From positions 15,716 to 79,715 of the IMG/VR virus record IMGVR_UViG_2901802297_000002: 64,000 nucleotides of DNA; one strand, written 5' to 3'. Positions 8,252 to 16,411 of this stretch are shown here, piece after piece. The position numbers and the translations under genes were made by a program. The notes below the pieces were generated by a model, which ran no database searches, was not told where the DNA came from, and worked only from the letters and a program-made list of their open reading frames with translations. Every line of letters starts with the position of its first letter. Position 1 is the first letter of the stretch. This DNA is from a virus (taxonomy: Duplodnaviria > Caudoviricetes).

Positions 8252-9438
8252 GCTGCTTTTGCTTCCGTGTTCTGGGAATTAGCGCGGTAATACGCGGCAT
8301 ATTCTTCCGCATTGCGCCTTACATGCGCAGGCGGCAGACCATGTGCTTTGGCCTGTTCATTGAATAGGCGCGAACATTTTGTGAAACTGCTGTCCTGCTT
8401 GAAAAGCGATGCCCACAGCCTGTTTGCTTCCTGAGCTTTCTTCCGGGCCTTAGCCATCTCCGGATCTTCCGCGATGGGCGCTTTATCTTGCGCCCTAAAT
8501 TCATCCAGATCCTGATTGGCCAAGGCGTTTGCCATAGGCTTCACAAACCCGCCCAGATGCTCAACCTTTTTCCCCAGATCACGATATTTCTGCACCGTTT
8601 CATGAATTGTGCGGATAATCAGATCTTCAGAAGCCCCGGCATTGAGCCATTCCTTGGCATAACGCATTGCATGAAGGGCCTGGTCTTTCCGGTTTTCATC
8701 AAAAGCCCGGATAATGCTGTAAGCCACCCGCTTGATCTCGGCATCGGGAATGCTGGGTTCTGGGTTTTGGGTTTCGCCAGTAGAGGAAGAATTAGGTTTA
8801 TATATATTATTACTCTTCTCTACTGTAGAACCCACGGAACCCAGATTATCCGAAACCGAAACCTGTTGGGTTTCTTGCGTGGGTTTCTGTGCTGCGGCAT
8901 TTCCCCCCGCAATAGGCATCATCATGTTCTGCTGGGCACGCTGTGCCGCCTGTTCTCGCTCCTTGCGTGCGTAATATTCTTCGTCTGACTCGCCTTTGCG
9001 TTTCCGGCCGCCCTTTTTGCCGTTTTCACGGGCTGACATAGCCTTGCGGCTTAGACCAGGCGGCACATCACCGCTTTCCTGCTTCTGCTGCCAGTCTGCA
9101 TCCGCTGTAGCTGTGCGGGTAGCGCGTTCCTCACGCCGTAGCAGCCGGTCATACATAACAGTGCTGAACAGCGCATTTTCATCATCACGCGCCAGCATGC
9201 CACGGGCAATCATCTGCGGCAGGTTGCGTTCCAGCTCATCGGCCTGCAATCCGGCCTGTTTGGCAATTTCCGTATCATTCAAAACCAGTGTGCCAGCACG
9301 AAACACGCAAGAACGCATTTCCTTCAGCGCATCCAGCAGCTTGTCCAGCACGCCGCGCATTTCGCACGGTGCTGAACGCAAGGTTTTTGGTGATGGTATT
9401 TGGCTGCGGTCAAATTCCGCAATGTTGGGGCATATCAT
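8248..9438 (-). CDS. Phage replication initiator (lambda O-like position)
   Basis: N-terminal wHTH-like region, ARENGKKGGR motif, internal iteron-like repeats; homologue at 52339..53511. Confidence 0.7.
   Translation of the reverse strand: MICPNIAEFDRSQIPSPKTLRSAPCEMRGVLDKLLDALKEMRSCVFRAGTLVLNDTEIAKQAGLQADELERNLPQMIARGMLARDDENALFSTVMYDRLLRREERATRTATADADWQQKQESGDVPPGLSRKAMSARENGKKGGRKRKGESDEEYYARKEREQAAQRAQQNMMMPIAGGNAAAQKPTQETQQVSVSDNLGSVGSTVEKSNNIYKPNSSSTGETQNPEPSIPDAEIKRVAYSIIRAFDENRKDQALHAMRYAKEWLNAGASEDLIIRTIHETVQKYRDLGKKVEHLGGFVKPMANALANQDLDEFRAQDKAPIAEDPEMAKARKKAQEANRLWASLFKQDSSFTKCSRLFNEQAKAHGLPPAHVRRNAEEYAAYYRANSQNTEAKAA
8755..8890. repeat. Putative replication origin iterons
   Basis: Clustered TGGGTT/AACCCA/GAAACC repeats around an AT-rich tract inside rep. 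Confidence 0.5.
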
Positions 9439-9860
9439 GCTGCCGCGCTCCTTGCCGCATACATGTACAGCTTTGCTCTCCTAATACCGACAACGCGCAG
9501 CAATGCTTTGGAAAGCCGCCTGCGGTCATTCATCATATTGGAAAGGTGTTTGATATTTAGGCTGTGCAACCGCGCAAAAGCCGAATTGCCGCCAGCCTGC
9601 CTTATTGCTGTATTCAGTTTTGAATACACTTCCAGCATGGGCAGGATGTTGCCATCCACATCCACATACCGTTCAACTTCAATCAGGCCCAACGCTGCCA
9701 GCAGTTCATCATTCAGCCTGCGGCGTGCATTGGCCATGTTAGACAGTGTTTTGTCGTTCAGGCCCAACATGCGGGCAAAAGCCGAATTGCCACCGGCTTT
9801 GCGCATGCGTGTATTCAAAAATGAATACACCGCCTCAAGATCAAAAAACACGTCAGCCAT
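9435..9860 (-). CDS. Protein made of two tandem HTH-like repeats
   Basis: VYS.LNT..R.AGGNSAFAR...LN.K.LSNM.N.RRRL occurs twice. Confidence 0.75.
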   Translation of the reverse strand: MADVFFDLEAVYSFLNTRMRKAGGNSAFARMLGLNDKTLSNMANARRRLNDELLAALGLIEVERYVDVDGNILPMLEVYSKLNTAIRQAGGNSAFARLHSLNIKHLSNMMNDRRRLSKALLRVVGIRRAKLYMYAARSAAA

Positions 9861-10357
9861 CAGAAGCCACTAGCCTCTTGCGGAAAGGTCACCTGCAATG
9901 GCTTGCCTTCTGCAATGATCTTATGAGCTGTGGATTCAATATGATGCAGCGATGTGCGGGCACGTTGCGCATATGTGAGAATTTCTTGCGCTTCCTGCAC
10001 ATCCACGTTGCCATCCGCCATGCTCTCGAAGCCCTTTTGCAGAACCTCACTGGTGGCCTTGGCAAACTTACCCATATCGTGTGGCAGTGGGCCGCTTCCG
10101 AATTTAACCGGAACCAGAGCAAAGCCCTCTGCATTAGCCATTTCTGAAAGCAGAATGGGCTGCTCCGCACATCTGTCCAGATCTATGGCAACGTCTAGTG
10201 GAATAACGGTTGGCTGATGCCGGCTGGCATAGGCTTCCAGCTGAGATTTCTGCACGCGCGTAAAACCGGCCGCAGCACGAAAATCTCCAACAGCTTCAAC
10301 CGCATGTTTTGTGGCTGTTTTGATGGACGCCAGAAAGCGATTAGAAAATGGTGTCAT
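9860..10357 (-). CDS. CII-like regulatory protein
   Basis: IKTATK, P.DVA.DLD, ADGNVD..EA; homologue at 53603..54103. Confidence 0.7.
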   Translation of the reverse strand: MTPFSNRFLASIKTATKHAVEAVGDFRAAAGFTRVQKSQLEAYASRHQPTVIPLDVAIDLDRCAEQPILLSEMANAEGFALVPVKFGSGPLPHDMGKFAKATSEVLQKGFESMADGNVDVQEAQEILTYAQRARTSLHHIESTAHKIIAEGKPLQVTFPQEASGF

Positions 10358-10665
10358 GCCGCGGCATTCCTCAACACCAACACACGCTGCATTTCACACA
10401 GAATTTCCTGCATTAGAGGCATTGCCGCAAGGAGTGCATCAGCCATGCCAAGCAACATCATGCATTGCATCTGCTCTGCATTTGTATTCACTTTTGAAGA
10501 ATTGCGGCACTGTTTCGTGCCCCAATCTACATCATGACCACCACGGGAATCAGTGAAAACGCTGGAAAGAAGATCTGCACGCCGCGCCTGCAGATCCTTC
10601 CGTATATCCAAAGTCCGGCGGCACAGATCGTCTAGATCTTTCATATCCTTACTGAAGAAGCTCAT
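10354..10665 (-). CDS. Hypothetical phage protein
   Basis: ATGA-coupled on both sides within the pR-like operon. Confidence 0.55.
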   Translation of the reverse strand: MSFFSKDMKDLDDLCRRTLDIRKDLQARRADLLSSVFTDSRGGHDVDWGTKQCRNSSKVNTNAEQMQCMMLLGMADALLAAMPLMQEILCEMQRVLVLRNAAA

Positions 10666-10919
10666 GGCGTAAAAAACGCCTTCAGGCGTGCAAACGTAGG
10701 GCAATACAATTTCGGAAAACCGAAAACCCTCACATGGCGCACAAAATCGCGCAGTCTGGGGTAGTAAAAACAAACCGTAACGTCTTCGCTTTGCCCAAAC
10801 TTTTGTATGGAAATCTCAGTTATAGCCACACCTAGCAAAAGCCGTGTGTCAGGCTGCATTCGCAGGCTATACCATGGGGCAGAACGCAGCCAGAAACGTA
10901 GTTCATTCAGCATGATCAA
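10662..10919 (-). CDS. Hypothetical phage protein
   Basis: ATGA overlaps with both neighbours. Confidence 0.5.
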   Translation of the reverse strand: MIMLNELRFWLRSAPWYSLRMQPDTRLLLGVAITEISIQKFGQSEDVTVCFYYPRLRDFVRHVRVFGFPKLYCPTFARLKAFFTP

Positions 10920-11425
10920 CCTGCCTGCGTCTCGTCTTGAGCAGGAACGCCAACGGTAAATTCATGCCGGTTGAGTGTACCAATATCTTCGGGCCGAAGC
11001 GGTTTTTCCAGCCCATACACAGTCGCCAAACAACCTCTGGCCCTATCCTGATAATCCACACCCATAACGTGATCACAAGACATTGTGGGCCATGCGTTTT
11101 GAGCCAAATCACGCAGCTGATACCGAAATTCCTTATTGGCATCAGCGCCATTCTGGAACTCCTGCATGATGTAAAGCAAACGGGCCAATAGCCATGTTTG
11201 TTTGGCATCCAGTTCCAGCACGGTTGCATCTTGTGAAGCATTGTTCACCTGGAGCAATGAGCTGCCGCAATCTGCCACGCTGATCATGCAAATCGGATCA
11301 ACGTCTCTTGAATTGCGCTTCTGGGAATCACTCATGCCTTCACTCCCGGCATTATGTAAAAGTGCCTTGGCTTCCTCCAAAATACGATTTAATTCGGCCC
11401 CCAATACTTTATGGCAATCAATCAT
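10916..11425 (-). CDS. Hypothetical phage protein (start 11425 or 11335)
   Basis: ATGA coupling; both possible starts lie in the repeated ATGA.TGATT.CCA motif. Confidence 0.5.
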   Translation of the reverse strand: MIDCHKVLGAELNRILEEAKALLHNAGSEGMSDSQKRNSRDVDPICMISVADCGSSLLQVNNASQDATVLELDAKQTWLLARLLYIMQEFQNGADANKEFRYQLRDLAQNAWPTMSCDHVMGVDYQDRARGCLATVYGLEKPLRPEDIGTLNRHEFTVGVPAQDETQAG

Positions 11426-11913
11426 GCTGCAACACCAGCATTTGCATTTTGCGGGCAATCTGTAGTGCGGGCAGCGGCGTTGTCGCCCCTGCCCGCTTCG
11501 TCCATCATGTGCTTCCCCAAACCATGAGAGGACGAATTCTTATGAAGCCGACTACGGAAGAACTGGAACGCCGCATTTCCGAACTGGAGCGTACGCAGGC
11601 CAAGATTTTGGAAGCCCTTAAAGGTGCCAACATTCTCATTCCCGGCCTGAACGCCCCGGTCGAAGAAGGAAGTATTTACGATAGAACTGACATCTGGAAG
11701 GACTGAAGATCCAGTCTTCACGTAAGCAACCAAGCGGGCAGCCCCAACTTCCATGCTGTCCCATGATTTAGGCATGGGGTGCGGGCTGAGCAGAATTGTC
11801 TGCAAGGCCCATTTGCGCAGGGCTTGCTCATTGCTCAAACCTTCGCCCCGGACACCATCCGCGTGACGGCTTCCGGCCTCTGCGGCATGGTTGGTTTCAT
11901 GGGAATCAGTCAT
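11422..11913 (-). CDS. Hypothetical phage protein; 3' half overlaps an antisense gene
   Basis: N-terminus MTDSH..NH....HADGVR shared with 12241..12708. Confidence 0.5.
   Translation of the reverse strand: MTDSHETNHAAEAGSRHADGVRGEGLSNEQALRKWALQTILLSPHPMPKSWDSMEVGAARLVAYVKTGSSVLPDVSSIVNTSFFDRGVQAGNENVGTFKGFQNLGLRTLQFGNAAFQFFRSRLHKNSSSHGLGKHMMDEAGRGDNAAARTTDCPQNANAGVAA
11467..11536 (+). promoter_or_regulatory. Two-hairpin structured leader, copy 1
   Basis: GCGGGCAGCGGCG-TTGT-CGCCCCTGCCCGC, then TTCGTCC..TCATG/CATGA..GGACGAA covering the RBS. Confidence 0.6.
11542..11706 (+). CDS. 54-aa antisense micro-gene (coiled coil)
   Basis: MKPTTEELERRISELERTQAKILEAL; GAGGA RBS. Confidence 0.65.
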   Translation: MKPTTEELERRISELERTQAKILEALKGANILIPGLNAPVEEGSIYDRTDIWKD

Positions 11914-11962
11914 GCCGTAACTCCAGCATTCGCATTTTCAGGGGATCGCACCGTGAAGGAAT

Positions 11963-12032
11963 CGGGCGACACGTTGTCATGCCGCCCGCCATCGTCCATT
12001 GTTTATTTGTCCAAAAAACAAATGGAGACGAT
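11963..12032 (+). promoter_or_regulatory. Two-hairpin structured leader, copy 2
   Basis: CGGGCGACACG-TTGT-CATGCCGCCCG, then ATCGTCCATTGTTT/AAACAAATGGAGACGAT. Confidence 0.6.
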
Positions 12033-12037
12033 TTCTT

Positions 12038-12244
12038 ATGCAGGATGAAAATACCAAGATGCTCAAAGAGCAGGTGCGCATTCTTCAGGGCGTTGTAAAC
12101 GCATTGCTGCGCAAACTTCCTGCCAGTGAACTGGAGGATGTTCGCCGTATTGCCGAAGAATACGCCACAGGCTTTCGGGTAGAAGACCCCATTACCCACC
12201 GCGCTCTGGATGATATTTTCAAACGCACACATCTAGATAATTAA
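12038..12244 (+). CDS. 68-aa antisense micro-gene
   Basis: MQDENTKMLKEQVRILQGVVNALL; GGAG RBS. Confidence 0.65.
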   Translation: MQDENTKMLKEQVRILQGVVNALLRKLPASELEDVRRIAEEYATGFRVEDPITHRALDDIFKRTHLDN

Positions 12245-12708
12245 CCGCGCTCAGGAAACGCACGATTTCGCGCCATAAGCAGGCATCCAACAGAAGCCTG
12301 CGCCGCACGGTCGTGTGTTTTCCTGCCAAGTCCAGCGGCAGTTTTGCCTGCATATTTTATTGCCAGATCCGGGCGGCAATGGCGCATTAGCGCCAGAATG
12401 CCCTCTTCCAGAATGTGCAGGCGCCGTTCCTTTTCAACCAAAAACGCTCTTACCGGCTCAATCTGCCGAAGTTCGGCTTCTGTTTTTTCCAGATCAGAAC
12501 GGCAATCTGCCAGCATGATCTTGAGCATTTCTGCCGTGAAAGACGGCCCATCTTCCAGCGGTTCATTTACAGCAAGGCCAGATGCAAACGTGTCCTGGTC
12601 AAACTGCTTTGCTTCTATTTCGGGAATCCCAAGCTTTTCGCTCCGGACACCATCCGCGTGACTGTGCGTACCGTGATTGGTAGCTTCATCGTTATGGGAA
12701 TCAGTCAT
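12241..12708 (-). CDS. Hypothetical phage protein
   Basis: ATGA-coupled to cro; coiled-coil segment. Confidence 0.55.
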   Translation of the reverse strand: MTDSHNDEATNHGTHSHADGVRSEKLGIPEIEAKQFDQDTFASGLAVNEPLEDGPSFTAEMLKIMLADCRSDLEKTEAELRQIEPVRAFLVEKERRLHILEEGILALMRHCRPDLAIKYAGKTAAGLGRKTHDRAAQASVGCLLMARNRAFPERG

Positions 12709-12920
12709 GCCGCAACTCCGGTGGTTTCAGGCTTCAGGAAGATGTCCGGTCGGAGTTCTTCACGAGGAATGCCGAATGCCGCCTCAATGATTGGGCAATA
12801 TTGTGGAGGCACAACATCCCATTGGGCCACGGCTCCGCGTGTAATACCCAATTCGGCTGCGATCTTCGCAGATAGGCCTCTGCGTGACCGTATCAATTCC
12901 ATTCCGGTGACATCGCTCAT
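12705..12920 (-). CDS. cro: Cro/YdaS-like regulator
   Basis: IAAELGITRGAVAQW..VP...LRPDIF; divergent from the repressor. Confidence 0.85.
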   Translation of the reverse strand: MSDVTGMELIRSRRGLSAKIAAELGITRGAVAQWDVVPPQYCPIIEAAFGIPREELRPDIFLKPETTGVAA

Positions 12921-12927
12921 ATGGAAC

Positions 12928-12980
12928 GCTTAGCGTTACTGAGCGGATAAGGCAAGGAATTTTGCTTAGTGCTGATAAGC
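12928..12980. promoter_or_regulatory. OR-like operators (GCTTAG-N5-CTAAGC consensus)
   Basis: GCTTAGCGTTACTGAGC 12928 and GCTTAGTGCTGATAAGC 12964 between cro and cI. Confidence 0.75.
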
Positions 12981-13003
12981 GCCCATTAAGGCAGTATCGA
13001 CAT

Positions 13004-13330
13004 ATGGAATTGAAAGACCTGATACGCACTGCCCGCAAAGCAAAGGGGCTATCCCAGGCTGCTTTGGCTGACCTGATACACGTCAATAAAAGTGCAGTTG
13101 CACAATGGGAATTAGGATCTACACGCCCAACAAATGAGAGTATGGCAGCACTAAAGTCTGTTCTTTCTATAGGTGAGCAAATCTCTCCAGTCGGGTCTGC
13201 TCCATACGCTGGTGAGATCGTTGAAGATCCTGACGAACTCGCCCTCCTCCGCTTCTGGAGATCTCTGTCTATCGAGAAACGTCGGGCAGTTGTCGAGCTT
13301 CTGCATATTGGCAGACCTTCTGACTACTGA
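13004..13330 (+). CDS. cI: XRE-family prophage repressor without S24 peptidase domain
   Basis: ARKAKGLSQAALA..VNKSAVAQWE HTH; only 108 aa. Confidence 0.85.
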   Translation: MELKDLIRTARKAKGLSQAALADLIHVNKSAVAQWELGSTRPTNESMAALKSVLSIGEQISPVGSAPYAGEIVEDPDELALLRFWRSLSIEKRRAVVELLHIGRPSDY

Positions 13331-13371
13331 TTTTCGCTTCTTTCCAGACATCACTCTAAAATCTAAATTAA

Positions 13372-13386
13372 GTTCACATTATGTTC
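13372..13386. promoter_or_regulatory. Alphaproteobacterial LexA (SOS) box
   Basis: GTTC-ACATTAT-GTTC matches GTTC-N7-GTTC exactly; intergenic. Confidence 0.6.
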
Positions 13387-13440
13387 TTATTGGCACCTAT
13401 ATCAGGGCTTAGTCAATGAATTTTACGCACTAAGAATTTT

Positions 13441-13522
13441 GCTTAGCATCACTAATTTTTTCTCTTGACTGCTTAGCATTACTAAGCGTAACCATTTTCC
13501 ATCACAACCCGTGGTGGAGAAA
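13441..13522 (+). promoter_or_regulatory. OL/pL-like operators and promoter with leader hairpin
   Basis: GCTTAGCATCACTAA 13441, TTGACT 13465, GCTTAGCATTACTAAGC 13471; TCCATCAC-AACCC-GTGGTGGA hairpin shared with prophage B. Confidence 0.7.
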
Positions 13523-13526
13523 AACC

Positions 13527-13865
13527 GTGTCGAATACACGATACAAAATTGAAGAAACCGATGGCGGCTTTGTGCTGGTAGAAGAGCGCAAAGGGAGATT
13601 CCCTACAGAAACCCGCGTGCCCTATTCCATCGCGCAGGAAGCAGAAAGCGGAACAGACGCTGTATCCCATAACGGTGATGGGCTCAGGGATCAGCGCAAA
13701 ATAGAAGCGCTTAGGTTAGCGCGATATGCCGCATCATTTTTTATCGAAAAAGATCCAGATGCCCAACACCTACTCAATATCCGTGAGCGTGTGGAAAAAC
13801 TGATAACAGCTTCCATTGCGGAATTGCGCAAGAATGCGGCCGTGCCCAGCCAACAAACAGAATAA
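13527..13865 (+). CDS. First pL-operon protein
   Basis: GGAG RBS; homologous to the N-terminal half of 56538..57194. Confidence 0.7.
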   Translation: MSNTRYKIEETDGGFVLVEERKGRFPTETRVPYSIAQEAESGTDAVSHNGDGLRDQRKIEALRLARYAASFFIEKDPDAQHLLNIRERVEKLITASIAELRKNAAVPSQQTE

Positions 13866-13903
13866 TAGGCGCGGCCTATAGTTTAGATGTTAGGCGTTAG
13901 ATA

Positions 13904-14095
13904 CTATTTTGGCTTTGGGTAATCTGATTTCAAGCGCTCCAAAAGGTTATAAAACTCACTGGAAACTTTAGAGTGCTCGTATTCATCGCTTGGATCACTT
14001 CCAGAAGCAGAACGAGCACTTAAATGAGAAGCTGTTAGTATTGCAGCAGCCTGAATAAGAGCCGCCTCAATAGTTGTATCTATTTCGTCTGACAT
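13904..14095 (-). CDS. 63-aa hypothetical moron protein
   Basis: AGGA RBS; MSDEIDTTIEAALIQAAAIL. Confidence 0.55.
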   Translation of the reverse strand: MSDEIDTTIEAALIQAAAILTASHLSARSASGSDPSDEYEHSKVSSEFYNLLERLKSDYPKPK

Positions 14096-14110
14096 AGAGT
14101 TTTTCCTTTC

Positions 14111-14806
14111 TTGGGTCTGTTGGCGCGCCAAGAATGGAAAAAGTTGGGGGAGTCTGGCAACAGGCTTCCCCTTCAAAGAGAAGCAAGATGGTTCATCAGA
14201 CCAATAGGCCAGAACAGTATGTGTTCTCTCATGCACATGCTACCCTTTGCACAACACCTACACAGCACACCAAAACAGGCTTGCAGCATGATACAAATAC
14301 CCAAGACCACAAAATTTGGGAAAACACCCCAATCTGGTCTCAGGCTTTGGAAAGCTGCTCAGGCTATCAGGTTGGCAGAACTGCGCCTTGCAGCTCAAGC
14401 ATCTGTTCTCATGGGGGCACAAGCACGCGCCACCAGTATGATTGGTTGGGTAGCCGCCGCTTTGGCCGCTTCAGCCGCCTTAGCTTTCAGCACTCCGTAT
14501 CATATAGCCGGAGCGATATTGTTGGTTGGGGAAAGTATTACGGGTATTCTGGCAGTTGTAGCTATTTACCCTTGCAAATGGTCAGAAACAGGCACGCGCC
14601 CGGAAGTGTTTATGGATTCACCAGCGCAAACAGAATTAGCCTGTCAGGAATCTCTTGCTCTTTATTACCAGAATGCCATCCAGCGGAATATCGAGAGGCT
14701 AAATACTATCAGCCTACTTATATCCGCAGGATGGATTATGTTTCTAGCAACGCCAATATTAGCGTGCCTTGTTCAAATGGTAATTTTTATGCAGAAGGTG
14801 CCTTAA
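14111..14806 (+). CDS. Multi-TM membrane protein (true start probably downstream)
   Basis: Three hydrophobic helices; lower-GC insert. Confidence 0.5.
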   Translation: MGLLARQEWKKLGESGNRLPLQREARWFIRPIGQNSMCSLMHMLPFAQHLHSTPKQACSMIQIPKTTKFGKTPQSGLRLWKAAQAIRLAELRLAAQASVLMGAQARATSMIGWVAAALAASAALAFSTPYHIAGAILLVGESITGILAVVAIYPCKWSETGTRPEVFMDSPAQTELACQESLALYYQNAIQRNIERLNTISLLISAGWIMFLATPILACLVQMVIFMQKVP

Positions 14807-14990
14807 TCGGCCACTGCACACGCCCTGTATCATCAGCAGGCAATGGTGCCGGCCGTGGTGGATATGGCTTTTCTTTATCGCTCATCAGTTTCCTCATCGA
14901 GTCTTGTGAACGCCCGATGATGGAAAATGCGGGAGAGTACGGCAACCGTCTCTCCCGCACTTCAGCCAATAAAATGGCAGGGGCAAGCGC

Positions 14991-15248
14991 ATGAACGCCA
15001 TTCCCTGCCCTGCGCATCTCAATGCATTCAAAATGGCACAATCAGCACATCGCCGCGCGGCGCTTATTCGCGTGCAGGCAGATGCCCTGATGGCGCATTC
15101 CTTCATGCTGGAAACCTATCACCGCGCATGTAGGGCCAGTGAAAACCATTATGGCGCGGAATCATGGCGCAAGCTTGCGCACCATGCCCGTGAAGAAGCC
15201 GAGCTTCTCTATACCCGCGCCAATATCCTCGAAAGCTACATCAAATGA
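14991..15248 (+). CDS. Conserved phage protein
   Basis: Homologue at 57225..57482. Confidence 0.75.
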   Translation: MNAIPCPAHLNAFKMAQSAHRRAALIRVQADALMAHSFMLETYHRACRASENHYGAESWRKLAHHAREEAELLYTRANILESYIK

Positions 15249-15475
15249 ACAATCACGCCTTTCAGGCTGCCCGCACGCAGCTGGAGCAGCTCATCCACAA
15301 CAATGTGGACAGCAAAGAAAAGCTGGCCATGCTTTCCCTGGTCAAAGACATGGCCAACGCCATGGAAGCAGAACAGGACATTGCAGATACTGCCCTGCGC
15401 ATCGGCTATGCCAAGCGCCGCACCCCGCTGGCACGCATTCAGGACTTCATTCTGGGTGAAGTGAGGGCTGCATAA
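15245..15475 (+). CDS. Conserved phage protein
   Basis: Near-identical to 57479..57712. Confidence 0.8.
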   Translation: MNNHAFQAARTQLEQLIHNNVDSKEKLAMLSLVKDMANAMEAEQDIADTALRIGYAKRRTPLARIQDFILGEVRAA

Positions 15476-15810
15476 TGACCACCAAAAAAGAACAGGCGCT
15501 CCGTGAGTTGGACAAAACTTATGCGGAATTCAAGGCGCATATCCAATCTGCCCCACAAGATGCCAATTTCAGTCTGGCAGCAGTAATGAATGTAATAGAG
15601 AATAAGGGATACCGTCCCGCCATATCTGTAAGCGGAAATAATCCGGGCGATATTGTTTTGGCTGCTGCAACTATATTTGGCTTTGCTTCTGGTTTCTATC
15701 CAACATTCAAAAATCCGGACGATTTCAGGGCAACTATGAATGCAGGCATCCAATGCGGACAAGGCGAATTTCCTGAAGAAGCAGCACCATGTTCAACCAC
15801 CAAGCATTAA
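15475..15810 (+). CDS. Hypothetical phage protein
   Basis: TAATG coupling. Confidence 0.6.
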   Translation: MTTKKEQALRELDKTYAEFKAHIQSAPQDANFSLAAVMNVIENKGYRPAISVSGNNPGDIVLAAATIFGFASGFYPTFKNPDDFRATMNAGIQCGQGEFPEEAAPCSTTKH

Positions 15811-16028
15811 CCCGCAAACAGGCTGTGGCACTTTCCATCTTGGCTGCACAGCCGGATGGATACCTTACCCACAGCAAAACAGTGGCATCAGCATCAGCGC
15901 AGCTTGCAGCCAGAAAACTGGTGCGGCGCATCAGAATAGACGGCTTTTGGTACTGTGCCCTTACAGAAACGGCACGACAGGAATATCCAATTATCCGCCG
16001 TGAGGTCAGAAAATGTTTGGCAGCGTAG
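15789..16028 (+). CDS. Small wHTH-like protein
   Basis: LTRKQ..AL..L...L..RKLV...LTE pattern. Confidence 0.55.
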   Translation: MFNHQALTRKQAVALSILAAQPDGYLTHSKTVASASAQLAARKLVRRIRIDGFWYCALTETARQEYPIIRREVRKCLAA

Positions 16029-16120
16029 GAAACATCAATGCGCAACCCTGCACCCTCTCAGCGCCTCACCATGTTGTGGATTTTGCTGTCAGTTATCGGC
16101 ATATGCGGAAACACATTCCT

Positions 16121-16411
16121 ATGGCTGCACAGATAGATCTGGAGCAGCTTCTAGGCACCTACGCACCACCACCACAGGTGGAAGCGCCAAAGCGCATCCG
16201 GAACGATAAACGCTTGGGTTTTCGCATCCGCCAGCGCCGCCATGAACTGCGCATGAGCCTGGAACAGCTAGGCCACGCCATAGGATGCACCTACCAGCAG
16301 ATGCAGAAGTATGAAACCGGCAAGAACGCCATAAAGGCAACGCTCCTGCCAACATTCGCCACCGCACTGGACGTGCCGCTGACATGGTTTTTTGAAGGAT
16401 TGGAAGTATGA
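16121..16411 (+). CDS. XRE HTH protein
   Basis: LGFRIRQRR..MS..QLG.AIGCTYQQ.QKYE.GKN; homologue at 58187..58477. Confidence 0.85.
   Translation: MAAQIDLEQLLGTYAPPPQVEAPKRIRNDKRLGFRIRQRRHELRMSLEQLGHAIGCTYQQMQKYETGKNAIKATLLPTFATALDVPLTWFFEGLEV

Noticed and set aside
11322-12711. CRISPR array or integron cassette array
   Set aside because: The repeats are degenerate and irregularly spaced; no cas genes and no attC GTTRRRY/RYYYAAC ends were seen.
14134-14994. 286-aa alternative-frame ORF
   Set aside because: Ser/Tyr/Arg-rich, non-protein-like composition; the overlapping TM frame looks more plausible, though this frame is not fully excluded.
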